Source: Spirochaetia bacterium (GTDB lineage Bacteria; Spirochaetota; Spirochaetia; SZUA-6; Bin103). From it: 64,000 bases of DNA. Under the pieces are notes generated by a model, which worked only from the letters and a program-made list of their open reading frames with translations, made no database searches and was not told the origin of the DNA. Positions 17,961 through 30,992 of this stretch are shown piece after piece (positions within the stretch are counted from its first letter, which is position 1; every line of letters starts with the position of its first letter). The stretch is taken from assembly GCA_965208575.1 (NCBI GenBank), contig CBDBOV010000005.1:416001-480000 (forward strand). The letters run 5' to 3'. Made by a program: the position numbers and the translations under genes.

Positions 17961-18638
17961 CTACTCGGGTCGCTGTGATGGTCCGCTGTCGGTGGGGTCA
18001 AGCTGGCGCTCCGGATCTCCTTGGCCCGGTGCGCTGAATGCCTTGCGCAATTCCTTCCCGCGACCGGTCGATCCGGGGAATTGAATACCCTGCCCGACTA
18101 CCAAGTCGACAACATCGTAAGTTAGATCGGCTGCACTACGACGGATTTGCGAGAGGTCACTCATGGAGAAACACCGAGACGTGCTCTGACGCCACTCCTT
18201 CTTTCTCCAGTAGCGCAGGGTGGCGATGCCGAGATCCGAGTCATAATCGACCCATGCGCCATGGCACAGCGCGTTACGCTCTTCCGTGACACGCTGCAAC
18301 CCGTTCTGGATCGCATCAAGGATGGTTGCGGGGTAACGCTCATCGTCCTTGAGCACGGTTACCAATCTGTCTGCCAGATTCTTGAGGGTCTCATTCAGCG
18401 AAGTCTCAAGGTCGCTCTGCCACGTGGCGAACGCTGTCTCCGCCTGCTCAACGGTCCGATAGGTGCGGGTAGCCGTGAGGGCCAGATTCGCTCGTTTCAG
18501 GCAGTCCTCAAGAAAAGCAAGCGTGCCGATCGTTCGTCCCAACTCCTCCCAAAACACGGAAGGAATCCTATGTGTAGGCCATTCGTCCGGCATCCGCTCG
18601 CGGTCGATCTCGAAGCGTCGCGGTTCGTTGCTGCTCAT
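17961..18638 (-). CDS. Hypothetical protein with a HEPN-like RxxxxH motif
   Basis: Helical protein with ELGR...LE and ERNALCHG; lower GC than its neighbours. Confidence 0.6.
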   Translation of the reverse strand: MSSNEPRRFEIDRERMPDEWPTHRIPSVFWEELGRTIGTLAFLEDCLKRANLALTATRTYRTVEQAETAFATWQSDLETSLNETLKNLADRLVTVLKDDERYPATILDAIQNGLQRVTEERNALCHGAWVDYDSDLGIATLRYWRKKEWRQSTSRCFSMSDLSQIRRSAADLTYDVVDLVVGQGIQFPGSTGRGKELRKAFSAPGQGDPERQLDPTDSGPSQRPE

Positions 18639-18782
18639 TGGCGACTTAGGAGAATAGCGCCTAGGTGCCGGCGGTCGCAACGCCGCGGAGCCGTTGGCGA
18701 GCCGTTGGCGGCGGTGCGATCGCGTATGACGTCGTTCTGTCGCGCGGCTGGTTCTCTCGCCGGGCGCAATACGTGTGACCGC

Positions 18783-19268
18783 TCAACGCGCTTCCCCTGC
18801 CAGCTCAAGCGTTGCTTGGCGGGTCCGGTCGCTCAACCAGAAACCGGACTGCTCCAGATCGTCCAATACTGCCTTGACCGACGGGATCATGGCCCGTTGC
18901 TTCGCGAAGAGTACCATGCCCAGGGTGCCCGTGAATCTCATCCCCTGCCTCTCTGCATAGCGCCGGGCAAGCATGTCGTCCAACAGCAGCACGGCTTGCG
19001 GCACATGCATCCCCAACGCGAGTACTGCCCGTTCGCCTGCTCCCAGCCCGCGGACGAGCCGGGGTAAACGGTATTGTGTCGAAACGATGGTGACCCAATC
19101 GAGATCCTCCGGCCTTGGAAGCGGCACGTTGCGCCGCCTGCCCTCTTCCAGTTCATCGGCGACTGCCTCCGGTACGAGCACTTGATGGAACCGCGCCGCC
19201 ACCGCGTCCAGAAGGTCGACCTGAAACAGATACTGGAGTGGGGAGGTGTTACAGATGACCTCGGGCAA
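18783..19268 (-). CDS. DUF3368-type PIN-domain toxin
   Basis: VICNTSPLQYL, GLGAGE..VL, LLLDD..AR, GTLG and GFWLS. TTG start overlaps the upstream gene end. Confidence 0.88.
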   Translation of the reverse strand: MPEVICNTSPLQYLFQVDLLDAVAARFHQVLVPEAVADELEEGRRRNVPLPRPEDLDWVTIVSTQYRLPRLVRGLGAGERAVLALGMHVPQAVLLLDDMLARRYAERQGMRFTGTLGMVLFAKQRAMIPSVKAVLDDLEQSGFWLSDRTRQATLELAGEAR

Positions 19269-19497
19269 CGGCCAAGTCCCGCCGTAACTCTTCGACCTCC
19301 TGGATGAAAGTGTCGACTCCAAACTCGGAGAGCTTCGTCAAGAAGAGAGGCTTCGGTACGCCCGCCCACTCCGCTGCGGCCCCGGTGGACATCAAGCCCT
19401 TCCGGTAGAGACCAACAGCCGCTTCGATACGGGCGTTCTCCAAGAACTGGTCCGGCATGAGGTCCGGCGCGCGATAGTCCTCAACGATTGCCGACAC
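19249..19497 (-). CDS. UPF0175-family antitoxin
   Basis: AVGLY..G.MSTGAAAEWAG...FL..L..FGV. AAGGAGG RBS before GTG 19497. Confidence 0.85.
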   Translation of the reverse strand: MSAIVEDYRAPDLMPDQFLENARIEAAVGLYRKGLMSTGAAAEWAGVPKPLFLTKLSEFGVDTFIQEVEELRRDLAVARGHL

Positions 19498-19577
19498 GTA
19501 CGACCTCCTTCGTCCGGTGCCGCCTGCTGCAGCCGCCATCTACCGAGTAATTGTGCTTATAATAGGGTAACACGACC

Positions 19578-22085
<2,508 letters not shown>

Positions 22086-22154
22086 CGCGCTGGCCGAGAA
22101 CTCCTCCTGCGATGAAGGACAAATGATGACGCAGCCCTTTTTCGAGGTATCTGT

Positions 22155-22625
22155 ATGGTAGCGTACCGCTATGGCGGCGCGCGGGCGCTGGTGCGGCTGC
22201 ACGAGCGGCACCTGTGGGAGTTCTGGGCTACTTGGTGCGAGGCGCGCAGCGCGGGGGTCGAGCTGCCCGACACCGACGACCCGAACTACGCCTCGCTGGA
22301 GGTACTGCTGCACCACGTGCTGCTGTGCGCGCGCGGCTACCTGCAGTGGATGTGCACGCAGTTGGAGCTGCCCGATCCCGGCATCGACCCGCCGCCGACG
22401 CCGGAGCGGGCGCCGGACGAGGCGGCCGGCTACCTGACCCACCTGCTGGGGCGCTGGCGCGACCCGCTGCGCGAGGTGCCGCGCGAGGCGTATCGCAAGC
22501 CGGTGACGCAGGCGCTCACCGCCACCAACGTGGAGGCGATGCTGGAGCACGCCGTGATGCACCCGATCCGGCACAGCTTCCAGTTGCGCAACCTGCTCGC
22601 GGCCGGGCAGGCGCGGCAGGAGTAG
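22155..22625 (+). CDS. DinB/YfiT-like four-helix protein
   Basis: LLHHV and EHAVMHPIRH metal-type His motifs. Confidence 0.6.
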   Translation: MVAYRYGGARALVRLHERHLWEFWATWCEARSAGVELPDTDDPNYASLEVLLHHVLLCARGYLQWMCTQLELPDPGIDPPPTPERAPDEAAGYLTHLLGRWRDPLREVPREAYRKPVTQALTATNVEAMLEHAVMHPIRHSFQLRNLLAAGQARQE

Positions 22626-22632
22626 GATCGAG

Positions 22633-25410
22633 ATGGCGGCGCGGCCCGGGCGCGACAAGCGTCTCTACCTGATCGACGGCATGCCGCTGGTGTACCGCGC
22701 CTACTTCGTGTTCCTGAACAATCCGCTGATCACCGCCAACGGCTTCAACTCGTCGGCGGTGTTCGGTTACACCACGTCGCTGCTGCAGATCCTCACCGAC
22801 GAGGAGCCTACCCACATCGCGGTGGTGTTCGATGCCCCCGGCCCCACTTGGCGTTCGCAGGAGTACGCCGACTACAAGGGCACCCGCGCCAAGGCTCCGG
22901 AGGGCGTGCGCGACTCGCTGCCGCACGTGCACCGCGTGACCGAGGCGATGGGCATCCCGATCATCAGCCACCCCGGCGTGGAGGCGGACGACGTGATCGG
23001 CACCGTCGCGCGGCGCGCCGAGGCGGCCGGCTTCGACACCTACATGGTCACGCTCGACAAGGACTTCGCGCAGCTCGTCAGCGAGCACACCTTTCTCTAC
23101 CGGCTGCCGCGCATGGGCGGCGACCCGCCGCTGATCTACGACGTGGCCGGCGTGCGCGAGCGGTTCGGCGTGGCGCGCCCGGAGCAGGTGATCGACCTGA
23201 TCGGCCTGGCCGGCGACAGCGTGGACAACATTCCCGGCATCCCGGGGGTAGGGGAGAAGACCGCGCAGAAACTGATCGACCGATTCGGCTCGGTGGAGGA
23301 GCTGGTGGCGGCAACCGATCAGCTCAAGGGCAAGCAGCGGGAGAAGATCGAGACCTTCGCGGAGCAGGCGCTGCTGTCCAAGCGCCTGGCCACCATCGAC
23401 CGCGAGCTGGAGCTGGAGGTGGAGCCGGTCGACCTGGCCACGCCGAAGCTGGACCCCGAGCGGGTGATCCCGGTGTTCCAGGAGTTCGAGTTCAACGCAC
23501 TGATCAAGCGCATCTTCGGGGACGCCGCGGCCGCTGCCGCCGCCACGCCCGGAGCGGCCGGTGCGGATGGCGGCGAACTGCGCTCGCTGGACGACCGCGA
23601 GCACGACTACGTGCTGGTGGAAGACGAGGCGGCGCGCGCCGGGCTGTGCGCCGACTTGCTGGAATGCGAGTCGGTAAGCGTGTTCGTGGTTGCCGGAGGG
23701 GGCGATGCCAAGACCTGTCCGCTGGCCGGCGTGGCGCTGTCCGGCCGGGAAGGCTCGGCAGCCTTCCTGCCGCTGCCGCAAGAGCGCGCTGCCGCCGCCG
23801 CGGTGCTGGCGGAGCTGGCGCCGTTCTGGGAACACGACGGCATCGCCAAGGTTGGGCACGACCTGAAGCGCTGGGTCACGGCGCTGCGCTGGCAGGGCGT
23901 GAGCGTGGCCGGCCGGCTGCTCGACACCCGGCTGGCCCACCAACTGGTGGAGTCGGACGGCGCGCACGACCTGGCGCTGCTGTGCGAGCACTACCTCGGC
24001 TACCAGCTCCTGACCCTGGACGAGGTCGCCGACGACCTGCTCAAGCGCGGCGACTTCAGCGCCGCGGCCCTGGCCGACGGCGGCTTGCCGCCGGCCAAGC
24101 TGGCCACCTGGGCCGGCGAACGCGCCGACCTGACCGCCGCGCTGCTGGACGCGTTGCAGGCCGAGATCGACCGCTGCGAGGAGCGCGAGTTGTGGGAGCG
24201 GATCGAGGTGCCGCTGATGCCGCTGCTGGTGGAGATGGAGTACGCCGGGGTCGGCGTGCGCGTGGACGCCCTGCGCGAATACTCGGGGGAACTGGAAAAG
24301 GAGGTCGTCGCGCACGAGCTGGAGCTGTACCGGCTTGCCGACGGTGCGTTCAACCTCAATTCCCCCAAGCAGCTCGGCGAACTGCTGTTCGAGCGGCTCA
24401 AGATCAGCGACAAGCCCAAGCGCACCCGCACCGGCCAGTACATGACCACCGAGCAGGAGCTGACCCGGCTGGCCGACCGCCACCCGATCATTCCGCTGAT
24501 CCTGGAATACCGCGCCGTGCAGAAGCTCAAGTCCACCTACGTGGACACTCTGCCGGGCGCCGTGATGCCGCAGACCGGCCGTATCCACACCACGTTCAAC
24601 CAACTGGTCGCGGCCACCGGGCGCCTCAACTCCGAGGGGCCCAACCTGCAGAACATTCCGATCCGCAGCGACCGCGGGCGGGAGATCCGGCGCGCCTTCG
24701 TGGCCCCCGAGGACCAGGTGCTGCTCGCCGCCGACTACTCGCAGATCGAACTGCGCATCATGGCGGCGATCACCGAAGATCCGGGCCTGGTGGAGGCGTT
24801 CGCGGAAGAGGTGGACATCCATGCCGCCACCTCGGCGCGCGTGTTCGGCGTGCCGCTGGACCAGGTGACCGCCGACATGCGCCGCCGCGCCAAGATGATC
24901 AACTTCGGGCTGATGTACGGCATGTCCGCGTTCGGCCTCGCGCAGCGCCTCAACATCGCCCGCGCCGAGGCGCGCGCCATCATCGAGCGCTACTTCGAGC
25001 AGTTCCCGAACATCAAGCAGTACATGGGCGACACCGTGGCGGGTGCCCGCGAGCATGGCTACGTGCAGACCATGCGCGGCCGGCGCCGCTACCTGCGCGA
25101 CATCAACTCACGCAACCACGCGGCGCGTGCGGCATCCGAGCGGATCGCCATCAACGCGCCGATCCAGGGCAGCGCGGCCGACATGATCAAGATCGCCATG
25201 CTCGACATCGACCGCGAACTGCGCGGCAATCGGCTGACGGCGCGGATGATCCTGCAAGTGCACGACGAACTGGTGTTCGAGGTGCCGCACGGCGAGTTGG
25301 AGCAGGTGCAGGACCTCGTGGTGCGCGGCATGCGCGACGCGCTGCCCCTCGGCCGGGTGCCGGTGGTGGTCGAAGTCGGCACCGGCCCCGACTGGCTGGA
25401 AGCACACTGA
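22633..25410 (+). CDS. polA: DNA polymerase I
   Basis: 5'-exonuclease (LIDG, EADD, GDSVDNIPG) and polymerase motifs (DYSQIELR, KMINFGLMYG, QVHDEL). Confidence 0.97.
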   Translation: MAARPGRDKRLYLIDGMPLVYRAYFVFLNNPLITANGFNSSAVFGYTTSLLQILTDEEPTHIAVVFDAPGPTWRSQEYADYKGTRAKAPEGVRDSLPHVHRVTEAMGIPIISHPGVEADDVIGTVARRAEAAGFDTYMVTLDKDFAQLVSEHTFLYRLPRMGGDPPLIYDVAGVRERFGVARPEQVIDLIGLAGDSVDNIPGIPGVGEKTAQKLIDRFGSVEELVAATDQLKGKQREKIETFAEQALLSKRLATIDRELELEVEPVDLATPKLDPERVIPVFQEFEFNALIKRIFGDAAAAAAATPGAAGADGGELRSLDDREHDYVLVEDEAARAGLCADLLECESVSVFVVAGGGDAKTCPLAGVALSGREGSAAFLPLPQERAAAAAVLAELAPFWEHDGIAKVGHDLKRWVTALRWQGVSVAGRLLDTRLAHQLVESDGAHDLALLCEHYLGYQLLTLDEVADDLLKRGDFSAAALADGGLPPAKLATWAGERADLTAALLDALQAEIDRCEERELWERIEVPLMPLLVEMEYAGVGVRVDALREYSGELEKEVVAHELELYRLADGAFNLNSPKQLGELLFERLKISDKPKRTRTGQYMTTEQELTRLADRHPIIPLILEYRAVQKLKSTYVDTLPGAVMPQTGRIHTTFNQLVAATGRLNSEGPNLQNIPIRSDRGREIRRAFVAPEDQVLLAADYSQIELRIMAAITEDPGLVEAFAEEVDIHAATSARVFGVPLDQVTADMRRRAKMINFGLMYGMSAFGLAQRLNIARAEARAIIERYFEQFPNIKQYMGDTVAGAREHGYVQTMRGRRRYLRDINSRNHAARAASERIAINAPIQGSAADMIKIAMLDIDRELRGNRLTARMILQVHDELVFEVPHGELEQVQDLVVRGMRDALPLGRVPVVVEVGTGPDWLEAH

Positions 25411-25504
25411 CCCGCCGGCCGGTGCGGCGGCGGCGCTACGCGCGGCCAGAGGCAATTGGCCGGGATGGGCCAAAGGCGACGCCCCGGGCGGCGCTCATGG
25501 GGCG

Positions 25505-26608
25505 CTATTGGCCGCTGCGGACGGTTTGCGCCTCCTGGCGCAGCAGGTGGTCGGCCAGGACCAGGTTGAACATGGCGTCCACCAGCGGCACCGCGCGCGG
25601 CAGCACACAGGGGTCGTGGCGGCCGCGCGGGCGCAGGATCACCTCGTTGCCCGCCTCGTCCACCGTCTGCTGCGGGCGCAGGATGGTGGCGGTGGGCTTG
25701 AAGGCGGCGCGGATGACGATCTGCTCGCCGTTGGAGATGCCGCCCTGCACGCCGCCGGAACGGTTGCTGCGCGTGCGCACGCGCCGCCCGCCGGAGTCCT
25801 CCGCCATGTAGAACGGGTCGTTGTGGGTGCTGCCGGTCATGCGCGTGCCGGCGAAGCCGGAGCCGATCTCGAAGCCGCGGCAGGCGGGCAGCGACAGCAT
25901 CGCCTTGGCCAGATCGGCGTCGAGCTTGTCGAACACCGGTTCGCCGAGGCCGGGCGGCACGCCGTGGGCGACCGACTCGACCACGCCGCCGAGCGAGTCG
26001 CCCGCCTTGCGGGCGGCGTCGATGCGCTGCTCGATGGCGGCCGCCGCCTCCGGGTCGGGGCAGCGGGTGATGTGCGCCTCCACGGCGTCGCGGGTCACCT
26101 CGCCCGCCACCACGCCGGCCTCGATGTCCTGCACCCGCTTGACGTAGGACACCACCGCGGCGCCGCAGCGCTCGCCCAGCAGCTTGGCCGCGATGGCGCC
26201 GGCCGCGACCCGCCCGATGGTCTCGCGCGCGCTCGCCCGGCCGCCGCCGCGCCAGTCGCGCCGCCCGTACTTGGCGTCGTAGGTGTAGTCGGCATGCGAC
26301 GGGCGGTACATGGTGCGCATCTCGTCGTAGTCGCGCGAGCGGGCGTCCTTGTTGCGCACCAGGATGTGGATCGCGGTGCCGGTGGTAAGGCCCTCGAACA
26401 CGCCGGACAGGATCTCGGCGCGGTCGCTCTCGGCGCGTTGGGTGGTGATGCGGCTCTGGCCGGGGCGGCGCCGGTCCAGCTCCGCCTGCACGTCGGCCTC
26501 GGCGAGGGCGATGCCCGGTGGGCAGCCGTCGATTACCACGCCGACCGCGGGTCCGTGCGACTCGCCCCAGGTGGTAATGCGAAACAGGTGCCCGAAGGTA
26601 CTTGCCAT
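25505..26608 (-). CDS. aroC: Chorismate synthase
   Basis: [24 protein letters not shown] and GRHDPC. Start ATG 26608. Confidence 0.97.
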   Translation of the reverse strand: MASTFGHLFRITTWGESHGPAVGVVIDGCPPGIALAEADVQAELDRRRPGQSRITTQRAESDRAEILSGVFEGLTTGTAIHILVRNKDARSRDYDEMRTMYRPSHADYTYDAKYGRRDWRGGGRASARETIGRVAAGAIAAKLLGERCGAAVVSYVKRVQDIEAGVVAGEVTRDAVEAHITRCPDPEAAAAIEQRIDAARKAGDSLGGVVESVAHGVPPGLGEPVFDKLDADLAKAMLSLPACRGFEIGSGFAGTRMTGSTHNDPFYMAEDSGGRRVRTRSNRSGGVQGGISNGEQIVIRAAFKPTATILRPQQTVDEAGNEVILRPRGRHDPCVLPRAVPLVDAMFNLVLADHLLRQEAQTVRSGQ

Positions 26609-26627
26609 GGCTCTCCCCCCGGCCCGG

Positions 26628-27872
26628 CTAGCCGACCGCCGCCGCCGCCGGGGCTGGTGCGCACGTCTCGGCGGCAACGGGAAACGGCTGCCGCGGGGTG
26701 GCGGCGTCCGGATACGCATCGGCGGGCAGCTCGGGCAGCGGCGCCGCCGGCCGGTCGCCGTTCAGCGGGTTGGGCTCGCGCCACACGGCGCCGTTCCAGG
26801 TGCGCACCAGCACCTCGTCGCCGGAGCGCCCAAGCAGGTACTGCGGCAGCAGCGGCACCTTCCCGTACGGCGTGTCGAGCACGTAGTTGGGTACGCCGAA
26901 GCCGGTGGTGTGGCCACGCAGCGCCTGCATGATCTCCAGTCCCTGCTCGATGGTGGTGCGCAGGTGGGCGGTGCCGGCCAGGAGCTGGCAGTGGAAGATG
27001 TAGTAGGGCCGCACGCGCATGCGCAGCAGGCCGTGCACCAGGGCGCGCATCACGCCGGCATCGTCGTTCACCCCCTTGAGGAGCACGGTCTGGTTGCCAA
27101 GCGGGATGCCCGCCGCCAGCAGCAGGTCGCACGCCCCGGCAGCCTCCGCGGTGAGCTCGCGCGGATGGTTGAAGTGGGTGTTGAGCCAGATCGGATGGTG
27201 GCGGGCGAGTATCCCGCACAGCTCCGGGGTGATGCGCTGCGGCAGCGTGCACGGGGTGCGGGTGCCGAAGCGGATGATCTCGACGTGGTCGATGGCGCGC
27301 AGGCGGCCGAGCAGCTCGTCGAGGCGCCGGTCCGAGAACAGGAACGGGTCGCCGCCGGTCACCAGCACGTCGCGGATCGCCTCGTGGGCGGCGATGTAGG
27401 CCAGGCCGGCGTCGATCTTGCGGCGCGTATGGTGCTCGTCTTCGTTACCCACGAAGTACTCGCGAAAGCAGTAGCGGCAATAGGTGGGGCACACGTTGGT
27501 GATCTTGAACGCCACCCGGTCGGGGTACACGTGCACTACCGCGTCCACCGGCGAGTTGTCCAGCTCGGACAGCGGGTCGGCGAGGCCGGACTCGTCGTCC
27601 AACTCCTGCACGGCGGGTACCTGCTGGCGGCGCAGCGGACAGGCCGGGTCGTCCGGGTCCATCAGGCTGGCGTAGTAGGGGGTGATGCTCCATCGGTAGT
27701 GGCGCCCGGCTGCCCGGATCTGTTCCCGCTCGGCGTGGCTCAGGCGCAGGTAGCGGCCCAATTCCTCCACGCTGGAGATGCGATGGGTCATCTGCCAGCG
27801 CCAGTCGTTCCACTGTGCAGTGTCGTGGCCGCCGTGGCCGCCGTGGCCGCCGCGGCCGCCGGGTGCGTTCAT
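26628..27872 (-). CDS. KamA-family radical SAM protein (lysine 2,3-aminomutase-like)
   Basis: [35 protein letters not shown] and GKVP. Confidence 0.9.
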   Translation of the reverse strand: MNAPGGRGGHGGHGGHDTAQWNDWRWQMTHRISSVEELGRYLRLSHAEREQIRAAGRHYRWSITPYYASLMDPDDPACPLRRQQVPAVQELDDESGLADPLSELDNSPVDAVVHVYPDRVAFKITNVCPTYCRYCFREYFVGNEDEHHTRRKIDAGLAYIAAHEAIRDVLVTGGDPFLFSDRRLDELLGRLRAIDHVEIIRFGTRTPCTLPQRITPELCGILARHHPIWLNTHFNHPRELTAEAAGACDLLLAAGIPLGNQTVLLKGVNDDAGVMRALVHGLLRMRVRPYYIFHCQLLAGTAHLRTTIEQGLEIMQALRGHTTGFGVPNYVLDTPYGKVPLLPQYLLGRSGDEVLVRTWNGAVWREPNPLNGDRPAAPLPELPADAYPDAATPRQPFPVAAETCAPAPAAAAVG

Positions 27873-27888
27873 CGCGGCCAATATAACA

Positions 27889-27969
27889 CGTGAGTCTGTG
27901 CGGTCACTCCGTGACAGCGAAGACGACGAAGACCGATACCCAAGCAGCGCCGCCGGCCGGCCCATTCGG
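27889..27969 (+). repeat. About 82-bp dispersed repeat, an inverted copy of 37357-37438
   Basis: CGTGAGTCTGTGCGGTCACTCCGTGACA... versus the reverse complement CGTGAGTCTGTACGGTCACTCCGTGACA... Confidence 0.9.
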
Positions 27970-28014
27970 CCCAGGCACCGGCGCCTGCCGGCGGCATCTG
28001 CTACAATCGTGCCG

Positions 28015-28485
28015 ATGTCGACACCGGATTGGCGCGACCAGGGGGTGCGCGTGGTCAAGGGAGACCGGCTCGACGGCAACACGCCGCAGACGCCCGGCAT
28101 GACGCGGGCGGCCGCGATCAACCGCGCTACGGTGGGGGCCGAGAAGCTGTGGGCCGGAACCGTCGAGATCCACCCCAACGCCAAGACCGGCGCGCACCAC
28201 CACGGCGCGCTGGAGAGCGTGATCTACGTGGTCAGCGGACGGGCGCGCATGCGCTGGGGAGATCGGCTGGAGTACGTGGCCGAAGCCGGGCCCGGCGACT
28301 TCATCTACGTGCCGCCATACGTCCCGCACCAGGAGATCAACGCCAGCCGTGACCGGCCGCTGTCATGCGTGCTGGTGCGCAGCGACCAGGAGCCGGTGGT
28401 GGTGAACCTCGACATTCCGGTGGCCGAGAAACCGGAACAGGTGGAGTGGATCGATCCGATCCATCCCTCCAACGCGTGGCGGTGA
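28015..28485 (+). CDS. Cupin-domain protein
   Basis: GAHHHGALESVIYVVSG...GDFIYVPPYVPHQE. Confidence 0.88.
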   Translation: MSTPDWRDQGVRVVKGDRLDGNTPQTPGMTRAAAINRATVGAEKLWAGTVEIHPNAKTGAHHHGALESVIYVVSGRARMRWGDRLEYVAEAGPGDFIYVPPYVPHQEINASRDRPLSCVLVRSDQEPVVVNLDIPVAEKPEQVEWIDPIHPSNAWR

Positions 28486-28552
28486 CGGCCGCGACGGCCG
28501 CGACATCCGCGACGGCCGGCACAATCGTCCCGAAACCGGTAGACTGCCGCCG

Positions 28553-29152
28553 ATGCGGGAAGTGAATGGCCGGCTGGAGCAGCAGATCGCGTTTCTGGTC
28601 GAGGCGGACAAGCTGAAGCGGGTGTTGCGGCGCAGTTCCATCAGCGGCGGGCAGCGGCTGGAGAACTCCGCCGAGCACTCGTGGCACCTGGCGCTGATGG
28701 CGCTGGTGCTGGCCGAGCACGCGGCGGCGCCCGGCCTCGATCTGCTCCAGGTGCTCAGGATGCTGGCCGTGCACGACCTGGTGGAGATCGACGCCGGCGA
28801 CACCTTCGCCTACGACGCGGAGGCGCGCAAGGGTCAGAAGGAGCGCGAGGAACGCGCCGCCGAGCGCATCTTCGCCCTGCTGCCGGGAACGCAGGGCGCC
28901 GAGCTGCGTGCGGCGTGGGACGAGTTCGAGGCGCGCGTCAGCCCCGAGGCGCGCTTCGCCGCGGCGCTCGACCGCCTGCAGCCGATGCTGCTCAACTACG
29001 TGAACGGCGGCTCCGGCTGGCAACGCAACGGCGTGCGCGCCGACCAGGTGCGCGACCTGAACCGCAGCATTGACGCCGGCGCGCCGGAGCTGTGGCGCTA
29101 CGCGGCCGGCCTGATCGAAGACGCCGTCCAGCGCGGCTACCTTGCGCCGTGA
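28553..29152 (+). CDS. HD-domain phosphohydrolase (YfbR/HD_3-like)
   Basis: ENSAEHSWH, HDLVEIDAGD and DRLQP. Confidence 0.9.
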   Translation: MREVNGRLEQQIAFLVEADKLKRVLRRSSISGGQRLENSAEHSWHLALMALVLAEHAAAPGLDLLQVLRMLAVHDLVEIDAGDTFAYDAEARKGQKEREERAAERIFALLPGTQGAELRAAWDEFEARVSPEARFAAALDRLQPMLLNYVNGGSGWQRNGVRADQVRDLNRSIDAGAPELWRYAAGLIEDAVQRGYLAP

Positions 29153-29223
29153 GCGGCATGAGCGTGTTGGTGTCCGCCGCGGTGAATCGGCGCTACCCTA
29201 TATATGCGGAGGGGGACAAGCAG

Positions 29224-29937
29224 ATGATTGATCGTACGTGCAAGGCCGCCCGGACCCTTGCGGTGGCAACATTGCTGCTGGCGGGCAGCATACTGGCAGG
29301 AGCGCAGAGCGGATCGCCTCCGGAGTACGGCTACGGCAACATTCCGTTCGGGAGCACGGCGCAGCAGGTGCTGGCCGAACTTGGCGGCTCGACCGTGGAG
29401 ACACCGGGCGCGGAGGCGCACTTCATCGGCCACTACGAAGTGTTGCGGGACTTCTTCGCCGAGGGGATGGAGCCCGACGTGATCGGGCTGCAGCAGCAGT
29501 TCAACGTCGACGTCGCCCGCATGTACCGGGTGTCGTACGCCGGCTGGAGCAACGTCAAGTCGATGGAACTGTACTTCTACCGCGAGCACGGTGCGCCGGA
29601 GGAACTGTCCTCCTACCGCCTGTTCATGGTGCGCAAGACGTTGAAGACCGGCGGCAGCGGCAGCCACACCGACGTGTCCGAAATCCTGGAGAACGCGATC
29701 ACGGACCGGCTCGCCGTGCAGCCGGTGAACTACGACGTGAAGTACATCGCGTTCTCCGCGCGCATCTCGAAGTGGGCTGCGCCCGACAGCGACATCTTCC
29801 TGCTGGTGTTCCAGAACATCTTCAGCGCCAGCGACGCCGACATCCTGTACCGCGACCGCGAGCAGTGGAGCAGCTACGTTGCCGCACACCGGAGCGAAGC
29901 CGGCGAGCAGACCCGCTCCGCCGGCAGCAGCTTCTGA
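29224..29937 (+). CDS. Hypothetical exported protein
   Basis: Signal peptide (LAVATLLLAGSILAGAQ) and codon usage like the host genes. Confidence 0.65.
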   Translation: MIDRTCKAARTLAVATLLLAGSILAGAQSGSPPEYGYGNIPFGSTAQQVLAELGGSTVETPGAEAHFIGHYEVLRDFFAEGMEPDVIGLQQQFNVDVARMYRVSYAGWSNVKSMELYFYREHGAPEELSSYRLFMVRKTLKTGGSGSHTDVSEILENAITDRLAVQPVNYDVKYIAFSARISKWAAPDSDIFLLVFQNIFSASDADILYRDREQWSSYVAAHRSEAGEQTRSAGSSF

Positions 29938-29942
29938 CGCCT

Positions 29943-30986
29943 ATGAGCGGGACCATGAAGAAGGCGGTGATCCACGGGCCGCGGCAGGCGGGGCTGGTCG
30001 AGATGCCGATCCCGGAGCCGCGCGCCGACCTGGTGCTGATCAAGGTGCGGGCGGTGCCGATGTGCACCGAGTACAAGACCTGGGAATCGGGCAGCACCGC
30101 GGAGTCTCTCGGGCATGAAGGGGTGGGCGAGGTGGCGGCCGTGGACGGCCACTCCGACCTGGCGGTCGGCGACCGGGTGGTGATTCTGGGGCTGTTGTCC
30201 TGCGGAACCTGCCGCTACTGCCGCACCGGGAACGTCATGCACTGCACGCGCAAGACCGCTCATCGGAGTCGGCACGGCAGCCAGCCCGGCGGCCAGGAAC
30301 GCACCGGCGCCTACGCGCAATACCGTCTGGCGCGGTCCTGGATGCTGCCGCGCATCCCGGCCGATGTCTCGTTCGACCAGGCGGCGCTGACCTGGTGCGG
30401 ACTGGGGCCCACGTTCGGCGCGATGCAGCGCATGGCGGTCGATGCGTTCGACACGGTGCTGGTTACCGGCGCCGGGCCGGTGGGGCTCGGCGCCCTGGTG
30501 AACGCCGCCTGGCGGGGGGCGCGCGCCATCGTGGTCGAGGGCGTGCCGTGGCGCGTCGAGCGCGCCCGCGCCATGGGCGCCGCCGAAGTGTTGGATCCGG
30601 GCGATCCCGACCTGGTAGAGCGCATCCGGTCGCTCACCGACGACGGCATCGGGGTCGACTGCGCCGTGGAGTGCGCCGGGGTGGTCGCCGCGCAACGGGT
30701 GTGCATCGAGGCGACCCGGCCGCGGGGTCAGGTCGCGTTCGTGGCCGAGTGCGACGACGAACTGCCGATCCGCATCAGCCCCGACATGATCAGGACCGGG
30801 TTGACGCTGATCGGCCAATGGCACTACAGCATGAACGACTTCGAGCGCCTGCTGGCGGTGGTGCGCTCGTCGCCGCTCTTGGAGCAGCACGTCAGCCACC
30901 GGCTGCCGATGAGCCGGGTGCAGGACGCCCTGGAGCTGTGCGCTTCGCACCAGTGCGGCAAGGTGATTCTCGATCCCTGGAAGTGA
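29943..30986 (+). CDS. Zinc-binding (MDR) dehydrogenase
   Basis: GHEGVG, CGTCRYC...C and GAGPVG. Confidence 0.92.
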   Translation: MSGTMKKAVIHGPRQAGLVEMPIPEPRADLVLIKVRAVPMCTEYKTWESGSTAESLGHEGVGEVAAVDGHSDLAVGDRVVILGLLSCGTCRYCRTGNVMHCTRKTAHRSRHGSQPGGQERTGAYAQYRLARSWMLPRIPADVSFDQAALTWCGLGPTFGAMQRMAVDAFDTVLVTGAGPVGLGALVNAAWRGARAIVVEGVPWRVERARAMGAAEVLDPGDPDLVERIRSLTDDGIGVDCAVECAGVVAAQRVCIEATRPRGQVAFVAECDDELPIRISPDMIRTGLTLIGQWHYSMNDFERLLAVVRSSPLLEQHVSHRLPMSRVQDALELCASHQCGKVILDPWK

Positions 30987-30992
30987 GGAAAC

